A stretch of 63,280 bases of DNA, filler included, from Octopus bimaculoides (GCF_001194135.2; 5 parts of 5 records of this genome joined end to end with filler, not necessarily neighbours in it); one strand, 5' to 3'; counted from the whole stretch's first letter, positions 1 through 14,600 are shown. Program-made: numbers and translations. Notes: generated by a model not told the origin, from the letters alone.

Positions 1-639
1 ATATATATATATATATGACAGGCTTCTTTCAGTTTCCGTCTACCAAATCCACTCACAAGGTTTTGATCAGCCTGAGGCTATAGTAAAAGACACTTGTCTA
101 AAGTGCCATGCAGTGGGACTGAACCAGGAACCATATGGTTGGGAAGCAAGCTTCTTACCACACAGCCATGCCTGCACCTTTTAAAAGTTTTTGAAAAGTC
201 AAAACAATGTAAGTTATGAGAAATAAGAAAAGTTAATGGTTTGTAGTTTAATCTTGCATATCAATTTTTCAGGGTTAAAACTCCTTTTATACACACATAC
301 ACACACAGAGTTTGTTCATCACCAATCTGGCACAAATTTCAACTAACATTTTAGTCTCAAATTTTCTAGGTTACTGGTATTATAACCTGTTTACTTTTAA
401 CCCCAGCCATGGTTCTAATGGATAAAGAAAGTGCTTCTCGTGTAACCATTGTCCATTAAAGATAAGATTGAGAAAATGTGTTTGTCTGTCAAAAGCCTGT
501 GTAAGTTATACAACATTGGCTTTTTTACAGTTTATTAATCAAAATAACAAATGAAAAATAAGAAAATACAAAAATAATAACACAAATGTAAAAATAAACT
601 CTGTTTTAGGCTAATTCAAAGAAACAGTTGTGTAAAAGG

Positions 640-1500
640 AAAACAATGAGAAATGGAAAAGTCTGGAATTAGATCAAATTCTGATGAATTGGTTTAGGGT
701 ATGTATATGTGATGGTGTAGAATTGTCTGGAGATGAATTTAATGAAGGAACAAGCCTCCAAAATTTCATAACAGATAAAGCTTAGATTTTGAATATAATG
801 AGAGTGAGGGTTGCCCATAGCATTTCAGGGATTGACATTTGACACAGCTCACTGCTTCATGCTGTGCATGGTGAAAAATGTTCAGCAGACTTGTAGGTAG
901 CTGCTAAATTTGTTGATAAGGTTGCTAATTTTGTTTCAGAGGAAAAATTAAGCTCTGAAAAGATCTACAATTCTGATGAGACAGCATGGTTTTTGAATTC
1001 TACACCAAAAAGAACACTGACAACTGAGGATGTAGAGTCCCTAACAGGTTACAAAGCATTGAAAGATCATATCACTGTGCTGGGTTGCACGAACAGTCAG
1101 GTGCAAGTTGTTGATCAATGGTATAAGTTTACATCCTGGAGCTCATTACCTGTTACCTGTAATTTATCATTCCAACTAAAAATGATGGCTAACAACTGAC
1201 ATTACACTGGATTGAATTGAAAATTATTTCATTTTTTAAACAAAGGTTTACTATTAGCCTGAAGCACAAATGTAAAATAAAGCTTGTTTTAGACAAAATT
1301 TCTACACATCCTCTGGCAGAATTCCTGGTAAAAGATAATGTTCTTGCAATCAACCTCCCACCTAATAAGTCAAAGTTTGATGATGGCAGCAAACAACTAA
1401 CCTGTTCAAGTCTGAAAAACACATGAATTCTTTTTTTATCAGTCATTAGTTGACCAGCAAAACATTCAACGGACCCAACAGGTATTTAACTCATTAAACC
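640..1500 (+). pseudogene. Tigger/pogo (CENP-B/Jerky-type DDE) transposase remnant
   Basis: Broken frames give LELDQILMNWF (HTH-like) and KIYNSDETAWF..NSTPKRTL...GYKALKDHITVLGCTN, typical of the IYNxDETG...KxRITVLxCxN region. Confidence 0.8.
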
Positions 1501-2084
1501 TCAGCTTTTGTAAACAAGTACCTTTTTCAGAACAAACAATATATAGGATTGTCATTAACAATTTCGTCTTTGACACCTTGTTTTGAAAGACATTAGTCAT
1601 AAATAGTTAACAGTAACTGAAAGACAACCATGGCCAACTGCTACAATAATTTATTGCACTCAACATTAACCAAAGACCATGATGACAATGCTTATGACAC
1701 AATTGAATATAGGTAATTGCTAGAATTCCATAAAAACTGTTGAATTGCTTCACTTGGTGTAAATATCTTCTTTCCTGTCATTCATCACAATAGGAACTTC
1801 CAATAACATTCTTATTGTTAAACGACTCTTCTGATTCCTGTATAGTGTTGAAGGTAAAGAACGCATTCCTACCACCGAAGAGTTTTGCTCCTTGACAGGA
1901 ACAGAGTTTTTTTTCCCCAAAAGGTTAAGGCAAATATATAGCATAATCTGATAATAGAGTTACTAATAGTTTCAATGCTAAAGTCATGAAACTATTAGTA
2001 ACTTTGCTTGAAAAACCGTTGTTTGAATTATTATATTCATATACCTATATAAATGTATGTATGTGTGTGTTTTGCATATGTGCC

Positions 2085-2121
<37 letters not shown>

Positions 2122-2122
2122 T

Positions 2123-2188
<66 letters not shown>

Positions 2189-2250
2189 CACTGCAAGTTT
2201 GTTTCAAGTACTATATATTTACATATTTCTTGATAATGCTATCAAACATA

Positions 2251-2309
<59 letters not shown>

Positions 2310-3452
2310 GTTGTGCATGCACATATGCATGTGTGATTAGATAAAATTCTTTCGCTACTGTAACTGTTATCAAAACTAAAACAAAAAGCGATTTTAGACA
2401 AAATATATATAAAACAAAAACAAAAACAAAAGCAAGTGGAATGAAAATGATTATTTACATCAAAGAATTTGATATTTTGTTTCCATAATCTCTTTGTGAT
2501 AATCCTATAGGAAATAATAATGATGATAATAATAAAAATAATAATAACAATGATAATAATAATACATACATACATACATACATGCATGCATATATGATGT
2601 AAACTGTATTGTATTTGCAGTTATCAGAACTTAAATAGCAAAACTATTCACAAATGTACACAAACAATATTAGGTGTGAAGTTCTTAACATTATTGTTGT
2701 TGTTGTTATTATCATCATCATCACGATTGTTTTTGGTTGTATTAGTTTTAATAAATGTTGTTATTATCATAAAAAATTTATGTTGTTGATGTTGTTACCA
2801 ACATCATCATCATTAATTACTCTCTTCCTATTTCATACAATTTTTCTACCCTTCCACCTCCTCCGGGGAACTGGACAATGGAATATGAATAATTAAATTT
2901 GTGGTCAAATTACTGTTTCTGGTTTATATTTTTTCTCAGTGCTTTCATCCACGTAGCTGTGTGCACGCATGAAGCTTTATACAGCACAATGCAGTTAGTT
3001 GCATAGAAATTACTTACAAAAAAAAAACACGCAAAATATAAAAATTTAGAAATATAATTAACATATCTTGTATAGGTATGGAACCAAATTGTTTTTTGAT
3101 CATAGGAGAAGGGAGGGAAATGGAGGTTTATGATGTTCATTCCTTTTCTTTTCACATTAACCATCATCATCATAGCCATCTTCATTATTTAACGTCCATG
3201 TTCCATGTTTGTATGGGTTGGATGGTTTGATAGAATCCGTTGTATCCAAGAACTGCATTGTGCCCCACTGTCTGCTTTGTCATGGTTTCTATGGCTGGAT
3301 GCTCTTCTTAACACCAAGTATTTTACAGTGTGTACTGGGTCTTCTTTTGTTTTTGGTAACACCAGTGCTATTGAGGTTGAAGAGAAGAGAGTGGTAGACT
3401 GTAGTAATTTGGTATACAATAAGGCAAAATAAACTTTTAAATAAAAAAAATA

Positions 3453-4311
3453 AGGTGGTATTAAAAAGTTCCTGACTAGTTCTATAGTGCACCGACAAAT
3501 GGTTGTGTTCACAATGAGAGCTAGTTGTGACTTTCACAAGGCAGTGTGCCAAGGGACATCATCGTGTTTACTTCGAAAGTTGTGAAATTTGTGTTTTTGT
3601 AATCACATGTATGTTGTAGTCTGTGATTTTTGTCATGAACAGGAAGTTGGAACAGAGAGTCGTAAAATTTTGCATTAAACTTGGCAAGTCTGCTACAGAG
3701 GCATTGAGCATGCTTTGGTAAGCTTATGGTGAAGAAGCAGTGAGTCATGCACAATGTTTTGAGTGGCATGGGTGCTTCAAAAATGAAAGAATGTCTCTGG
3801 AAGACGATGAAAGATCTAGAAGACCTGCCAAGAATGTCATCTCCGTAAATGTGGAGAAAATTCATCAGCTTGTGTATGGGAATCATTGGAGGACAATCAA
3901 TGACATTTTGGAGCATTTGAGGAAGAACATTTGGCAAAAGAGAATGGATCTGTGAGGCATGAAGAACTGAATTTGTCACGATGTCAATGCACCCTGTCGA
4001 CACCAAGCTCTCTACACTTGTGAGTTACTCTCCAAAAACAACATCGCATCACTTCCACATCCACCCTATTTCCCAGCTTTAGCATTTGCAGACTTCCATC
4101 TCTTCCCCAAGATGACTATGCAGCTCAAAGGTCACCGTTTTAACACTGTTATTGACATCCAGAACGAATTGCAGATTGCAGATCCTTGAATTGCTTATGG
4201 AAAATGATTTCCAGGACTGGTTCCAAAAGTGGCAGGAATACTATTTTGAAGGAGACGATGTTAAAACTTAGGTAAATTTTTTATTAGTCTGGGAACCTTT
4301 TGATACCACCT
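3453..4311 (+). mobile_element. Internally deleted mariner (Tc1/mariner) element with TIRs
   Basis: TIRs aggtggtattaaaaagttcctgact and agtctgggaaccttttgataccacct. Remnant peptides KFCIKLGKSATE...QCFEWHGCFKNERMSLEDDERS and HPPYFPALAFADFHLFPKM. Confidence 0.85.
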
Positions 4312-4342
4312 CATATCTATCTGTCTGTCTGTCTGTCTATCT

Positions 4343-4375
<33 letters not shown>

Positions 4376-5074
4376 AGAATAAGGGTAGAGAATCGTCAAT
4401 TAATAATAGAATTAATAATTAACAATTTTGCCAAGTAGTTCAGTATGAAAAAAACCTTTATCGGTAAAACTATTTATCATCATAAATATACAGGGATTAG
4501 CAATTGAGTTGCTTCTCCAACATACTGAAAATTTAGAAATAGCAGTCAAAGAACTACTGATTCCAAACTACAAATTTTTCTCTAATGCGGATGGCGATAT
4601 TTATGGCACACATAGAACAAAAAACCGGAGGGAAAAGCGTAAACAAACCAAGCCTTTAGTTAATTGGATACGAATCGTTTCATGGTTAAGTGAATGGAAA
4701 TTTCACTATTCCAATCTTCAGCCCAAATATTCTGATAAATTTGAAAGTGTCTCTAAAAAAATTCACGGTAATCTTTGGCCATGCGACACCAAAAATCAAC
4801 GATAAGAAAGGCACTTACGAATTCATCGGCTAGTGAGTTCAGGCATCTCACCTCAAAGAAATCTATTCCATGTGCGTCACAAATAGTCCCGTATGAAAAG
4901 AAGTCCCGTGTGGAGGGATTACGGTTTAACCATCTATGCATATATACATATGAAGATCACTGATACCACATACTTAATGTACATGTGTTGCTTAAATGCC
5001 AGGATCTGCAGTTTATCATCTGGGAAAAATCCCTTTAAAGATGTAGTGTTAAAAATTATTTAGTACTAAAAACA

Positions 5075-5370
5075 TACTTATGAAGGCTATACAAGCCCTG
5101 TATGAAGGGGTTATTCACAAGGTGAAAATCACCAATGAATTTGGGTGAAGAAGTTAGTGTGCAGGTGGGGGGTACATCAGGGCTCGATTTCAGTTCCCTT
5201 TTTATCTATTCTAGACCTCTAAGCCATAACAGAGGAATTCAAGATCCCCTATCCTTGGGAACAACTATGTGTTGATGATTTGGGTCTTGTAGCAGAATTA
5301 GTAGAAAAACTGAAGGTGAAATTCTGGACATGAAAGCAAAATCCAGAAATAAAAGGCTATTGAAAGCAAA
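5075..5370 (+). pseudogene. RTE-clade LINE reverse transcriptase remnant
   Basis: Frameshifted MKAIQALYEG..KVKITNEF..SVQVG.HQGS..VDDLGLVAE, matching the RTE VGVHQGS and YADDLVLIAE motifs. Confidence 0.7.
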
Positions 5371-5510
5371 ATGTTTAGTAAATATGAAGGAATACTGCAC
5401 CCTAGCAATATCATGGAAATATTTGTGTCCTGCTTAGAGAAAAGGAGTTGATAAAAATTGTATAAGGTGTTCTCAATGTAATCAAAAGACATACAAAAGG
5501 TGTGATAGGC

Positions 5511-5738
5511 TTAACCTTTTAGCTTTCAATCTGATCATATCTGACTGAAATATTGAACCTGTTTTATGTTGAAACTGACCAGATCCAGCCTCTCACCTCA
5601 ACCCTACAATGTCATTCTAAAACTAAACAGTCACATCATCAACATTTCTAAACTAAAAGATAATGCTTGATTAATTCCAAACAATTTGGATAAATAAGCA
5701 TCAGATTTGACAGAGTAATCTGAATGTTAAAGAGTTAA
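5511..5738. mobile_element. TTAA-bounded piggyBac-like MITE (decayed); homologue near 28200-28340
   Basis: Imperfect TIRs ttaaccttttagctttca and tgaatgttaaagagttaa. Internal sequence is shared in reverse complement with 28200-28340. Confidence 0.5.
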
Positions 5739-7583
5739 AAGTGCTTATCAGAGAAGATAGATTTCATATGTAGCAGATTTTTATCTATTTATTTTTAGTC
5801 AGAAGGGAAATCCCTTTTGCAGGGCCTTTGAGATTGGTGAGAGGGAAGGAGGTATCCTTAACCCTGACATTTGGCTTGAATGCTTGTAACAGAGGGAACC
5901 CCACTAAAGGTACTCAAGAACCAAGTCATCATTATCATCATTTAGCATCTGCCTTTCATACTGGCATGGTTTGGATGGTCTAACTGAAACTGGTAAGCTG
6001 GAGAGCAGCATTAAGTTCCAGTCTGATTTGGTTTGGTTTCTACCGCTGGATGCCTCTTCTAAAGCCAACCACTCCAAGAGTGTAATGGGTGCTTTATATG
6101 TGCCACTGGCATGAGTGCCAATTATATGATACTAGCATGGGCCAGAACTAGTAATGACATTAAACTGAGAGGTAAGTTATGTCCACTACCCGATTAGGCC
6201 ATGGCAAGATTTGAACACAGAACACAAAATCCTGAAACAAACACCGTAAACCTTCCAGTTTGACATTCTGAAATTTCCACTAACCTACCATCCTGGATTG
6301 GTATGATTTTTTAACTCCTAAAAGAAAAAAAGGGTAAGTTGACTTCACTAGGACTTGAACTCAGTGTGCAGAGATTCAGTGTAAATACTGCAATGCATTT
6401 TAACTGCCACTCTAATGACTCTGCCAACTCGTTACCTTATTTACAAATTGTGATATCAAATCAAACAAAATCAATACAAAATATTTCAAGTAGAATCATG
6501 TTGCTGGACACACCAGCAACTATACCAATGGAGCTATTACAGGACATTACCGATGGAGTGACTGATGGCCAGGATGGGTTGATAATGATGATAAGGATGA
6601 TGATGATGATGATGATGAATAGGAAGCTTGTTGTATTTCAAACATTCATACCTACGACTGTGTAGGAAAATGGATATGGAATCAATGTTAGTAAAAATTT
6701 AGAGCTGCTGTAATTTACTTGAAAATAAGGAATCAGCATCATAAATTCCTGAATTTTTTTTCTTTTTTCTTTATATATATAGAAAAAAAATATGTGATAG
6801 AAATCATAGACTTTATGCTTATATATAAAGAAACTATTTTCCTAGTATTTCTTTGTATGTTGCTGTGTAATATATAATATGATTCCATAACAATAATCTT
6901 TATGTAATGAAGTTAAATTGATGTGTTGTGAGTTGAATTATTAATATTTTATTGTCTAGCTCCCATGTGGTTAGAATGTCCCATTGAAATGAGGAAAAGA
7001 AAAGAAGACAACAACAACAATAATAACCACAACAATAATGACAGTAATAGTAATAATAATAAAAATAACAACAACAACAATAATAATAATAATAATAAGC
7101 AGACATTGTTGGGGAGCATCATAACCATGCATTGTGAGGAATTCTTTGGGGTTTGGATAATTCACCTTTGGAAACATGGCTGTTTCGTTCAACATCCTTA
7201 AACAACCCTTATTCAGGGACCTTTTGAGCAGGATGGGCTTCTTGACTTGACAAAAATTCTTACTGGGCCCCATCTGCAAGGTCTTGTGCTGTTTATCTTG
7301 ATATGAGGACACCATGTTGTGCACATATGGTTGTGATGCATGTGCCTGGTGTACCCTTATCAGACGAGTAGTCATGATGGATATAATGGGCTTCGTATAT
7401 TTTACCCCAGTGTCACTTTGATGGCATGCACTGCTCGCTCACTCGATAATAATAATAGCAAACCTGCTACCCACATGAATCCTACCAGGAATAAGGCTGA
7501 ACCTGAGTCAAGCCAAAAAGTAATGATAATAATAATAATAACAATAGTAGTAGTAGTAGTAGCAGTAGTAATAACGATAATAG

Positions 7584-7625
<42 letters not shown>

Positions 7626-8651
7626 CCTTACTAGTATAGGCACAAAGCCCGCAACTTTGGAGGTGGGGGGATTAAGTTGATCCCATTGATACCCCAGTGC
7701 GTAACTGGTACTTGTTTAATCGACCCTGAAAGGATGAAAGGCTAAGTCAACCTTGGCATAATTATAATAAGATGAGAAAATAGAGAGGTAATTAATAAAT
7801 TATCATTTATTAATTAAAAAAATTGACAAACATCCTTTACAGCTAGCTGTTTCAATTCCAAACCTTCAGAAAATTAATTAATTAAATCAAAAATTACTTT
7901 AGCAAAAAAAAGAAACTAAAATCTAAAACTATCCTTCATTTGTTTCAGTCACTGGACTGTGACCAGTCTGGGGCAAAACCTTCCAGGGTTTATTCGGACA
8001 AACTAACCCCAGTACGGATGTCTTTTAATGTCTGGCACTTATTCAATAAGTCTCTTTTCCCCCGAAATACTAAGTTAAGGGATGTAAACAAACCAAATCC
8101 GGTTATCAAGCGTTGTGTAGGGGGACAAACATGAAAACACACACACAACATGAATAAAGATAATCCTAGAACAAACCGCACAGAAAAGTTATCCAGAACC
8201 CCTTTTCCTAATCCTTATCCCTTTCACTCCCTGACAGACAGTTTCTAACACACACAGACACACTTTCAAAATATATACAGGAAGAAAAGAAAAAAACACC
8301 AACATAATTATTATCATTATCATTATTATTATATACATATACATACCATTTACAAGACTGCAGAGCCAGTAATTCGAATGAAGAAATCTAATGTGTTGGC
8401 AATAGAAGCGATGTTTAAATGATTGAATTATTAAAAATAGAAACTTTTGGAAGCCAAAAAGTGGGGGGAAAATATCGAAGGGAGAGAAAGGGAAACAAAA
8501 CATCTTCTTATCAAAGACGGTGATCAAATATTTGGCAAGAATTGTGACTTTGTATAATAATAAATTTATTTTTGTGGTATATACATATATACATACATAT
8601 ATATACACACACACATGCACATGTGCATATATATATATATATATGCGTATG

Positions 8652-8683
<32 letters not shown>

Positions 8684-9119
8684 AACACATATACTCACAC
8701 GAGTATATTTGCATGCCTATGTACATAAATACATATATATATCTTTTTTCTTTGTGGTTGATAATTTGCACATTTTTTTTTAAAAAGCGTTTTATTTCAT
8801 TAAAGTTAATAGAGAAGGCAAACTATAGCAAATCCTTGAAATTTTTTTAACACACACACACATTGAAACTCCAACTCGCATCCCCTGGCATCCCTACATC
8901 TCAGGTTCAAGAGCTGCTGGGAGATAGTTATAATATACAATCTCTGAGATTTTTGTGACCGACAGTAGTGGGAACAATACCAGAAAGCAGACTCACACAC
9001 ACAGAGAGAAAACGGCAGACACTGGAGTGTGGAATCGAGAAAAATCTTAAATTTGAGATTCAAAATTAAACAATATCATGGCAGGTTAAGATAGCAAAGA
9101 AGAGCTAGTGTATACAAAT

Positions 9120-9300
9120 GCATATATCTATATATGGGAGAATATACAAAAAATAACAACAGACGAGGACAGGTGGTGTAAATAACAAAAGTATATATTA
9201 GTATGACGCTCGGGAATACGGAAAGTCTTTGACGTTTCGAGCTACGCTCTTCAACAGAAAGAATACGGAGACAAGGAGAAAAACACGGAGAAAAAAAAAA
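9120..9300 (-). mobile_element. Penelope-like short repeat with minimal hammerhead-like motif (9227-9261)
   Basis: Minus strand reads cttt-CTGTTGA-a-gagc gta gctc-GAA-ACGT-C-aaag. Homologous to 33285-33420, 57890-58015 and 62640-62800. Penelope assignment is inferred from the motif layout. Confidence 0.6.
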
Positions 9301-10633
9301 TTGAATAGTGTTCAGTCAACGGTCAATCATACTTACATACATCTTATTCCTTTCTGTATATACTTAAGAGAGATAAGTCATCATGCTGATGACTGCTATT
9401 GAGGCAGAAACATGTATCCACAACTGGTTCCTTATCTTCATAGAAACTAAGCCTATCCTTTTCCTTACAGGCATGTCAGATTTGGAGGGTTCTTGACTCT
9501 AGAAGTTATATCCCCTCCTCATGTGGATTTGGCCTTAATTGCCCTGTGCTAATTCTGATACAGTCTCTAGAGGTGGAAATAGGTTTTAATAAATCAAAAA
9601 ATTTGTTGTATGGTATTTAATAGACCTGTATTTGTCTATGTTGCTCAGATACATTCCACTGGTGACTTTGTGTTGTCTATCTTAGCTCATTTCTGTTTAA
9701 TAATTGATACATACGCACACACACACACACACACACACATGTATATATATGCATGCAAAAATGCACACGCACACACACACACGTATGTGGTGGATTCTCT
9801 GTTGGTCTAAATGACAAGCGCACTGCTTGTTTGACCAATTAAATTCTTTGCCTTGCTCAAATTAAAAGTCTATGTGGCTGAGTATTCCACAGGCACATTT
9901 TTTTTTTTTNNNNNNNNNNGCAGTAGTAATAACGATAATAGGAATAGTAATAATAAGATCAATAATAATAATAATGATAATAATAATAATAATGATGATG
10001 ATGATAGTCATAATAGTAATGGTTAATAGTCAATATCTCACAATTTTACACTCCCTGATTGTTCACACCTACAATGTTATTGTACATTTATAAATGTTTT
10101 GTTTTTCATATTATTCTGTGCTATTATCAACTTAATTACAAAATCATTACTTTTTTTTTTTGTTTTTTCCTCTTTATTATTTTTCCCTTTAGGATTTCTA
10201 TACAAGAAATTTATTAAAATAAAATATTAAAAAAGTCTTCGATCTGGATGATTATTTTTAATCCTCTTTCTCTTANNNNNNNNNNGTGGTGGTGGAGGTA
10301 GTGACATTGGTGATAGCGATGGTGGTGGTGGTGGTAGCAGCAGCGATGGTGGAAATGGTGGTGGGGTGGTAGCAGTAATGGTGGTGGTGGGAGGGGGGGT
10401 GTCAGTGGTGGTAACAGTATTGGTGGTGGTGGTAGCAGTAGTGTTTGGGTTAGACGGAGTTGTAAGTTAGTGGTTATAGGACAATAAGGAAGCTTTGATG
10501 TAGGCACCTGATTTGCTGGGAAACAAAACCAGTCAAATCTCCCTCTCTTTCCCAAGAATGCTTTCAGTGACTCTGGACACACCAGCAACTACTACAGGAC
10601 ATTACTGATGGACTGACTGGTGGCCAGGTAGGG

Positions 10634-10669
<36 letters not shown>

Positions 10670-11385
10670 TTAACAATAGGAAGTTTGCCTTATATTGAAC
10701 ATTCATGCAAAACATTCATACAAAAAAAAATGGGAAGGTCAAATCTAGAATGTCTTTGATTATAAGTCAGTTCAATTACACCCACATTCATCCCACCATC
10801 TCCACCAGCTGTAGAGAGTGTGGCTTGCCCTAAGCATTGCTTTTATGGGGGCAGCAATTTCGGGTATGTTGTATAATCCTATAGAGACAGTAAACTCTAA
10901 ATGGAAAGGAGAGCAAACAGAAGGGTTTCCTCAGCTGGCATACTCATTAGCTAGCGCATTGGATATGAGGCTAAATAACAATAACGGCAACAACAACAAC
11001 AACAACAGCAGCAGTAGCAGTAACAGCTGTAGCAGCAACAGAAACAACAACAAAAGTGGCAACGTTAATACAGTTTCTTGGTGCTAAAATGAGTTGAAGA
11101 AATTCAAGGGTTATTTTCCTCTGGAAATAACAATTGAGCTCTGTGAGACATTATCAAAATATCTGTCCAATGTCAAATTGTTTCCTACATCAAGGTGGAC
11201 CAAATAGCATGCCAACTTAAATGGTTGATGTATTGCTTTGGGGCATAATCTATCAAATTGTGTTTCATTGTCATCATTTTTGGCAGCGATGGTGGTAACT
11301 TTATTGTCATCGTAGTCAATATCATCATCATCATTGTTATCATCAAAACCACTAGCATCACCAGCACCACCATTTTTTTTTTATC

Positions 11386-11671
11386 AAATAAACACGCGCA
11401 CTATATATTTTGTCTTCACTCATTTATTACTTTTCTTAGTTTTTTTTAATTATTTTAACTCATGTCCATTATCCAGAAATCTTTCGTCACACATCTGTGA
11501 CCTCTTCAGTGACACTTTTCATTTCCGTACGTGTTCTTGCTCCACTTAGTCCATTCTATTCTTCTAAGGTGTGTATCCTTATGTGCGCCGGACAATAAAC
11601 ATGAGTTAAAATAATAAAGTAATGAAATAATAAACGAGTGAAGAAAAAATATATAGCGCATGTGTTTATTT
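11386..11671. mobile_element. MITE with ~85-bp imperfect terminal inverted repeats
   Basis: aaataaacacgcgcactatatattttgtcttcactcatttatt...ttttaactcatg is mirrored by catgagttaaaa...aataaacgagtgaagaaaaaatatatagcgcatgtgtttattt. Confidence 0.7.
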
Positions 11672-14600
11672 GGGTGGGGCAGAAAGACCATCTCGAAATA
11701 TAATAATATACATATATACATACATATATATAGTTTATGGATCCAATAGAGGTAGAATCGATCCAGTGAGATAAATATCAATTAAAATATACAACCGAAA
11801 GACCTAATAGCTTCAAAGCTTTTGGGATACTTGAACATGGCTATTTATAAACTATGCATGAAACTACTAGTTGCTCTTTCGTTTGTGTATCTAAATTTAT
11901 ATATATATATATATATTNNNNNNNNNNNNNNNNNNNNNNNNNNNNNNNNNNNNNNNNNNNNNNNNNNNNNNNNNNNNNNNNNNNNNNNNNNNNNNNNNNN
12001 NNNNNNNNNNNNNNNNNNNNNNNNNNNNNNNNNNNNNNNNNNNNNNNNNNNNNNNNNNNNNNNNNNNNNNNNNNNNNNNNNNNNNNNNNNNNNNNNNNNN
12101 NNNNNNNNNNNNNNNNNNNNNNNNNNNNNNNNNNNNNNNNNNNNNNNNNNNNNNNNNNNNNNNNNNNNNNNNNNNNNNNNNNNNNNNNNNNNNNNNNNNN
12201 NNNNNNNNNNNNNNNNNNNNNNNNNNNNNNNNNNNNNNNNNNNNNNNNNNNNNNNNNNNNNNNNNNNNNNNNNNNNNNNNNNNNNNNNNNNNNNNNNNNN
12301 NNNNNNNNNNNNNNNNNNNNNNNNNNNNNNNNNNNNNNNNNNNNNNNNNNNNNNNNNNNNNNNNNNNNNNNNNNNNNNNNNNNNNNNNNNNNNNNNNNNN
12401 NNNNNNNNNNNNNNNNNNNNNNNNNNNNNNNNNNNNNNNNNNNNNNNNNNNNNNNNNNNNNNNNNNNNNNNNNNNNNNNNNNNNNNNNNNNNNNNNNNNN
12501 NNNNNNNNNNNNNNNNNNNNNNNNNNNNNNNNNNNNNNNNNNNNNNNNNNNNNNNNNNNNNNNNNNNNNNNNNNNNNNNNNNNNNNNNNNNNNNNNNNNN
12601 NNNNNNNNNNNNNNNNNNNNNNNNNNNNNNNNNNNNNNNNNNNNNNNNNNNNNNNNNNNNNNNNNNNNNNNNNNNNNNNNNNNNNNNNNNNNNNNNNNNN
12701 NNNNNNNNNNNNNNNNNNNNNNNNNNNNNNNNNNNNNNNNNNNNNNNNNNNNNNNNNNNNNNNNNNNNNNNNNNNNNNNNNNNNNNNNNNNNNNNNNNNN
12801 NNNNNNNNNNNNNNNNNNNNNNNNNNNNNNNNNNNNNNNNNNNNNNNNNNNNNNNNNNNNNNNNNNNNNNNNNNNNNNNNNNNNNNNATATATATATATA
12901 TATACATACATATATATATATATATATATACACATACATATATATATATATACATACATACATATATATATATATATACATACACACACATAAATGCATG
13001 TGTGTGTGTTTCTCCTTGTCTTGACATCATGTGGTGGTTGTAAATGAGAGTCATTGTCATACAAGGAGTGTCCTTCATTTGTAATATGTTGCAAGAACAT
13101 GTCTAGACATGAGGAACTATTACAGATGAGGGCATCTGGCCTCCAAAAATCTGCCTGAATAAACTCCATCTGACCCATGCCTGAATAGAAAAGTGGACAT
13201 TAAAACGATGATGATGATACATATGTGTGTGTGCGTGCGTGTGTATCTGTTACAAGTCCATCATAATACGATGACTAACTACAATTTTTATCCGATGATA
13301 CTAAAGCCATTAATTTCCTGATGTACTATTACTAATTACAAATTAAAATCTACCATCCAATCCAATGAAATACAAGCTGAATAAGCATTAATGTAGAATG
13401 AAGTAATAAAATTCAACCCAGATTTAGACAGAAGCTTTAACTGGTTATTGGTATTAGTACATCAGAACTAAGTGGCATTAAAATTATTAGGGTAGATATT
13501 AACAAGTTTTTATGGTATGACGAACTTATGACACATACATATCATCATTGTCACCACCATCTATATTTGAGGCGTTTAGTAACACACTGTCGAACGCACC
13601 ACAACTCAGAAACTGAGAAAAATGCAGTCAAAGTTTTGTGACTTTCAGAATGCGATATCTTGGCAAGGAACGAAATTAGGAAGCAGGTTTTGTCTTAAAA
13701 TGACTGTGAAGACCTCCTCTAATCATTCCACCTTTGTAAAATTATTTTTTTATTTATTTATCTATACATCTGAATGATGAAACAATGACTGCATCGTTTT
13801 CATTTTGTAGAATATAGCGGTACTACGAAATGGTGTATTGCATTTCATATTTTAGCCATAGTACCTAGAAAAACATAGAGAGACCCCACATAAAGGTATT
13901 GTTTGTGTTTTAATATACCAAGGTATCTTTAAGAGGTAAGTAAGACAAGATAGTAAGTTAATAGCCCATCATCGTTATGTTGGTAATGAGGAATATTAGA
14001 AAATGAGACTTAACACCTCGAAAAATAATGAGGCACCTAATTAGCAGTAATCTGGAAACATAGTAGCCAAAGTTAGAAAAGATTGGAAGGGAAATTCCGA
14101 TTCTGAAAAAAAAATTTTTTTAATCTCAAATTCAAAATTTCGAGATATTTGAAATTTTCTTTCAGAATCGGAATCTCCATAGCCTAAAACGTGGGATTCC
14201 GTTAAAAAAAATGTGGGGGGGGGGAGGTTCAGATTACATATAGTCCGTCTCCGCCGCAGGGCCATCACCATTTGAGAGAAATGGTAGTCATAGAAGCATA
14301 GAGGGATCGAGAGAGCCAGACACGGNNNNNNNNNNNNNNNNNNNNNNNNNNNNNNNNNNNNNNNNNNNNNNNNNNNNNNNNNNNAGTAGCCAAAGTTAGA
14401 AAAGATTGGAAGGGAAATTCCGATTCTGAAAAAAAAATTTTTTTAATCTCAAATTCAAAATTTCGAGATATTTGAAATTTTCTTTCAGAATCGGAATCTC
14501 CATAGCCTAAAACGTGGGATTCCGTTAAAAAAAATGTGGGGGGGGGGAGGTTCAGATTACATATAGTCCGTCTCCGCCGCAGGGCCATCACCATTTGAGA

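Noticed and set aside
6971-7375. 134-aa minus ORF, possibly an RT remnant
   Set aside because: Too degenerate to assign, and partly trinucleotide repeat.
11822-13178. Long ORFs in the track spanning N-runs (also 25399-26073, 43276-44211, 46738-47879, 49562-50632, 56153-56703, 61633-62543)
   Set aside because: They consist of X and (TA)n translations; the N-runs simply lack stop codons.
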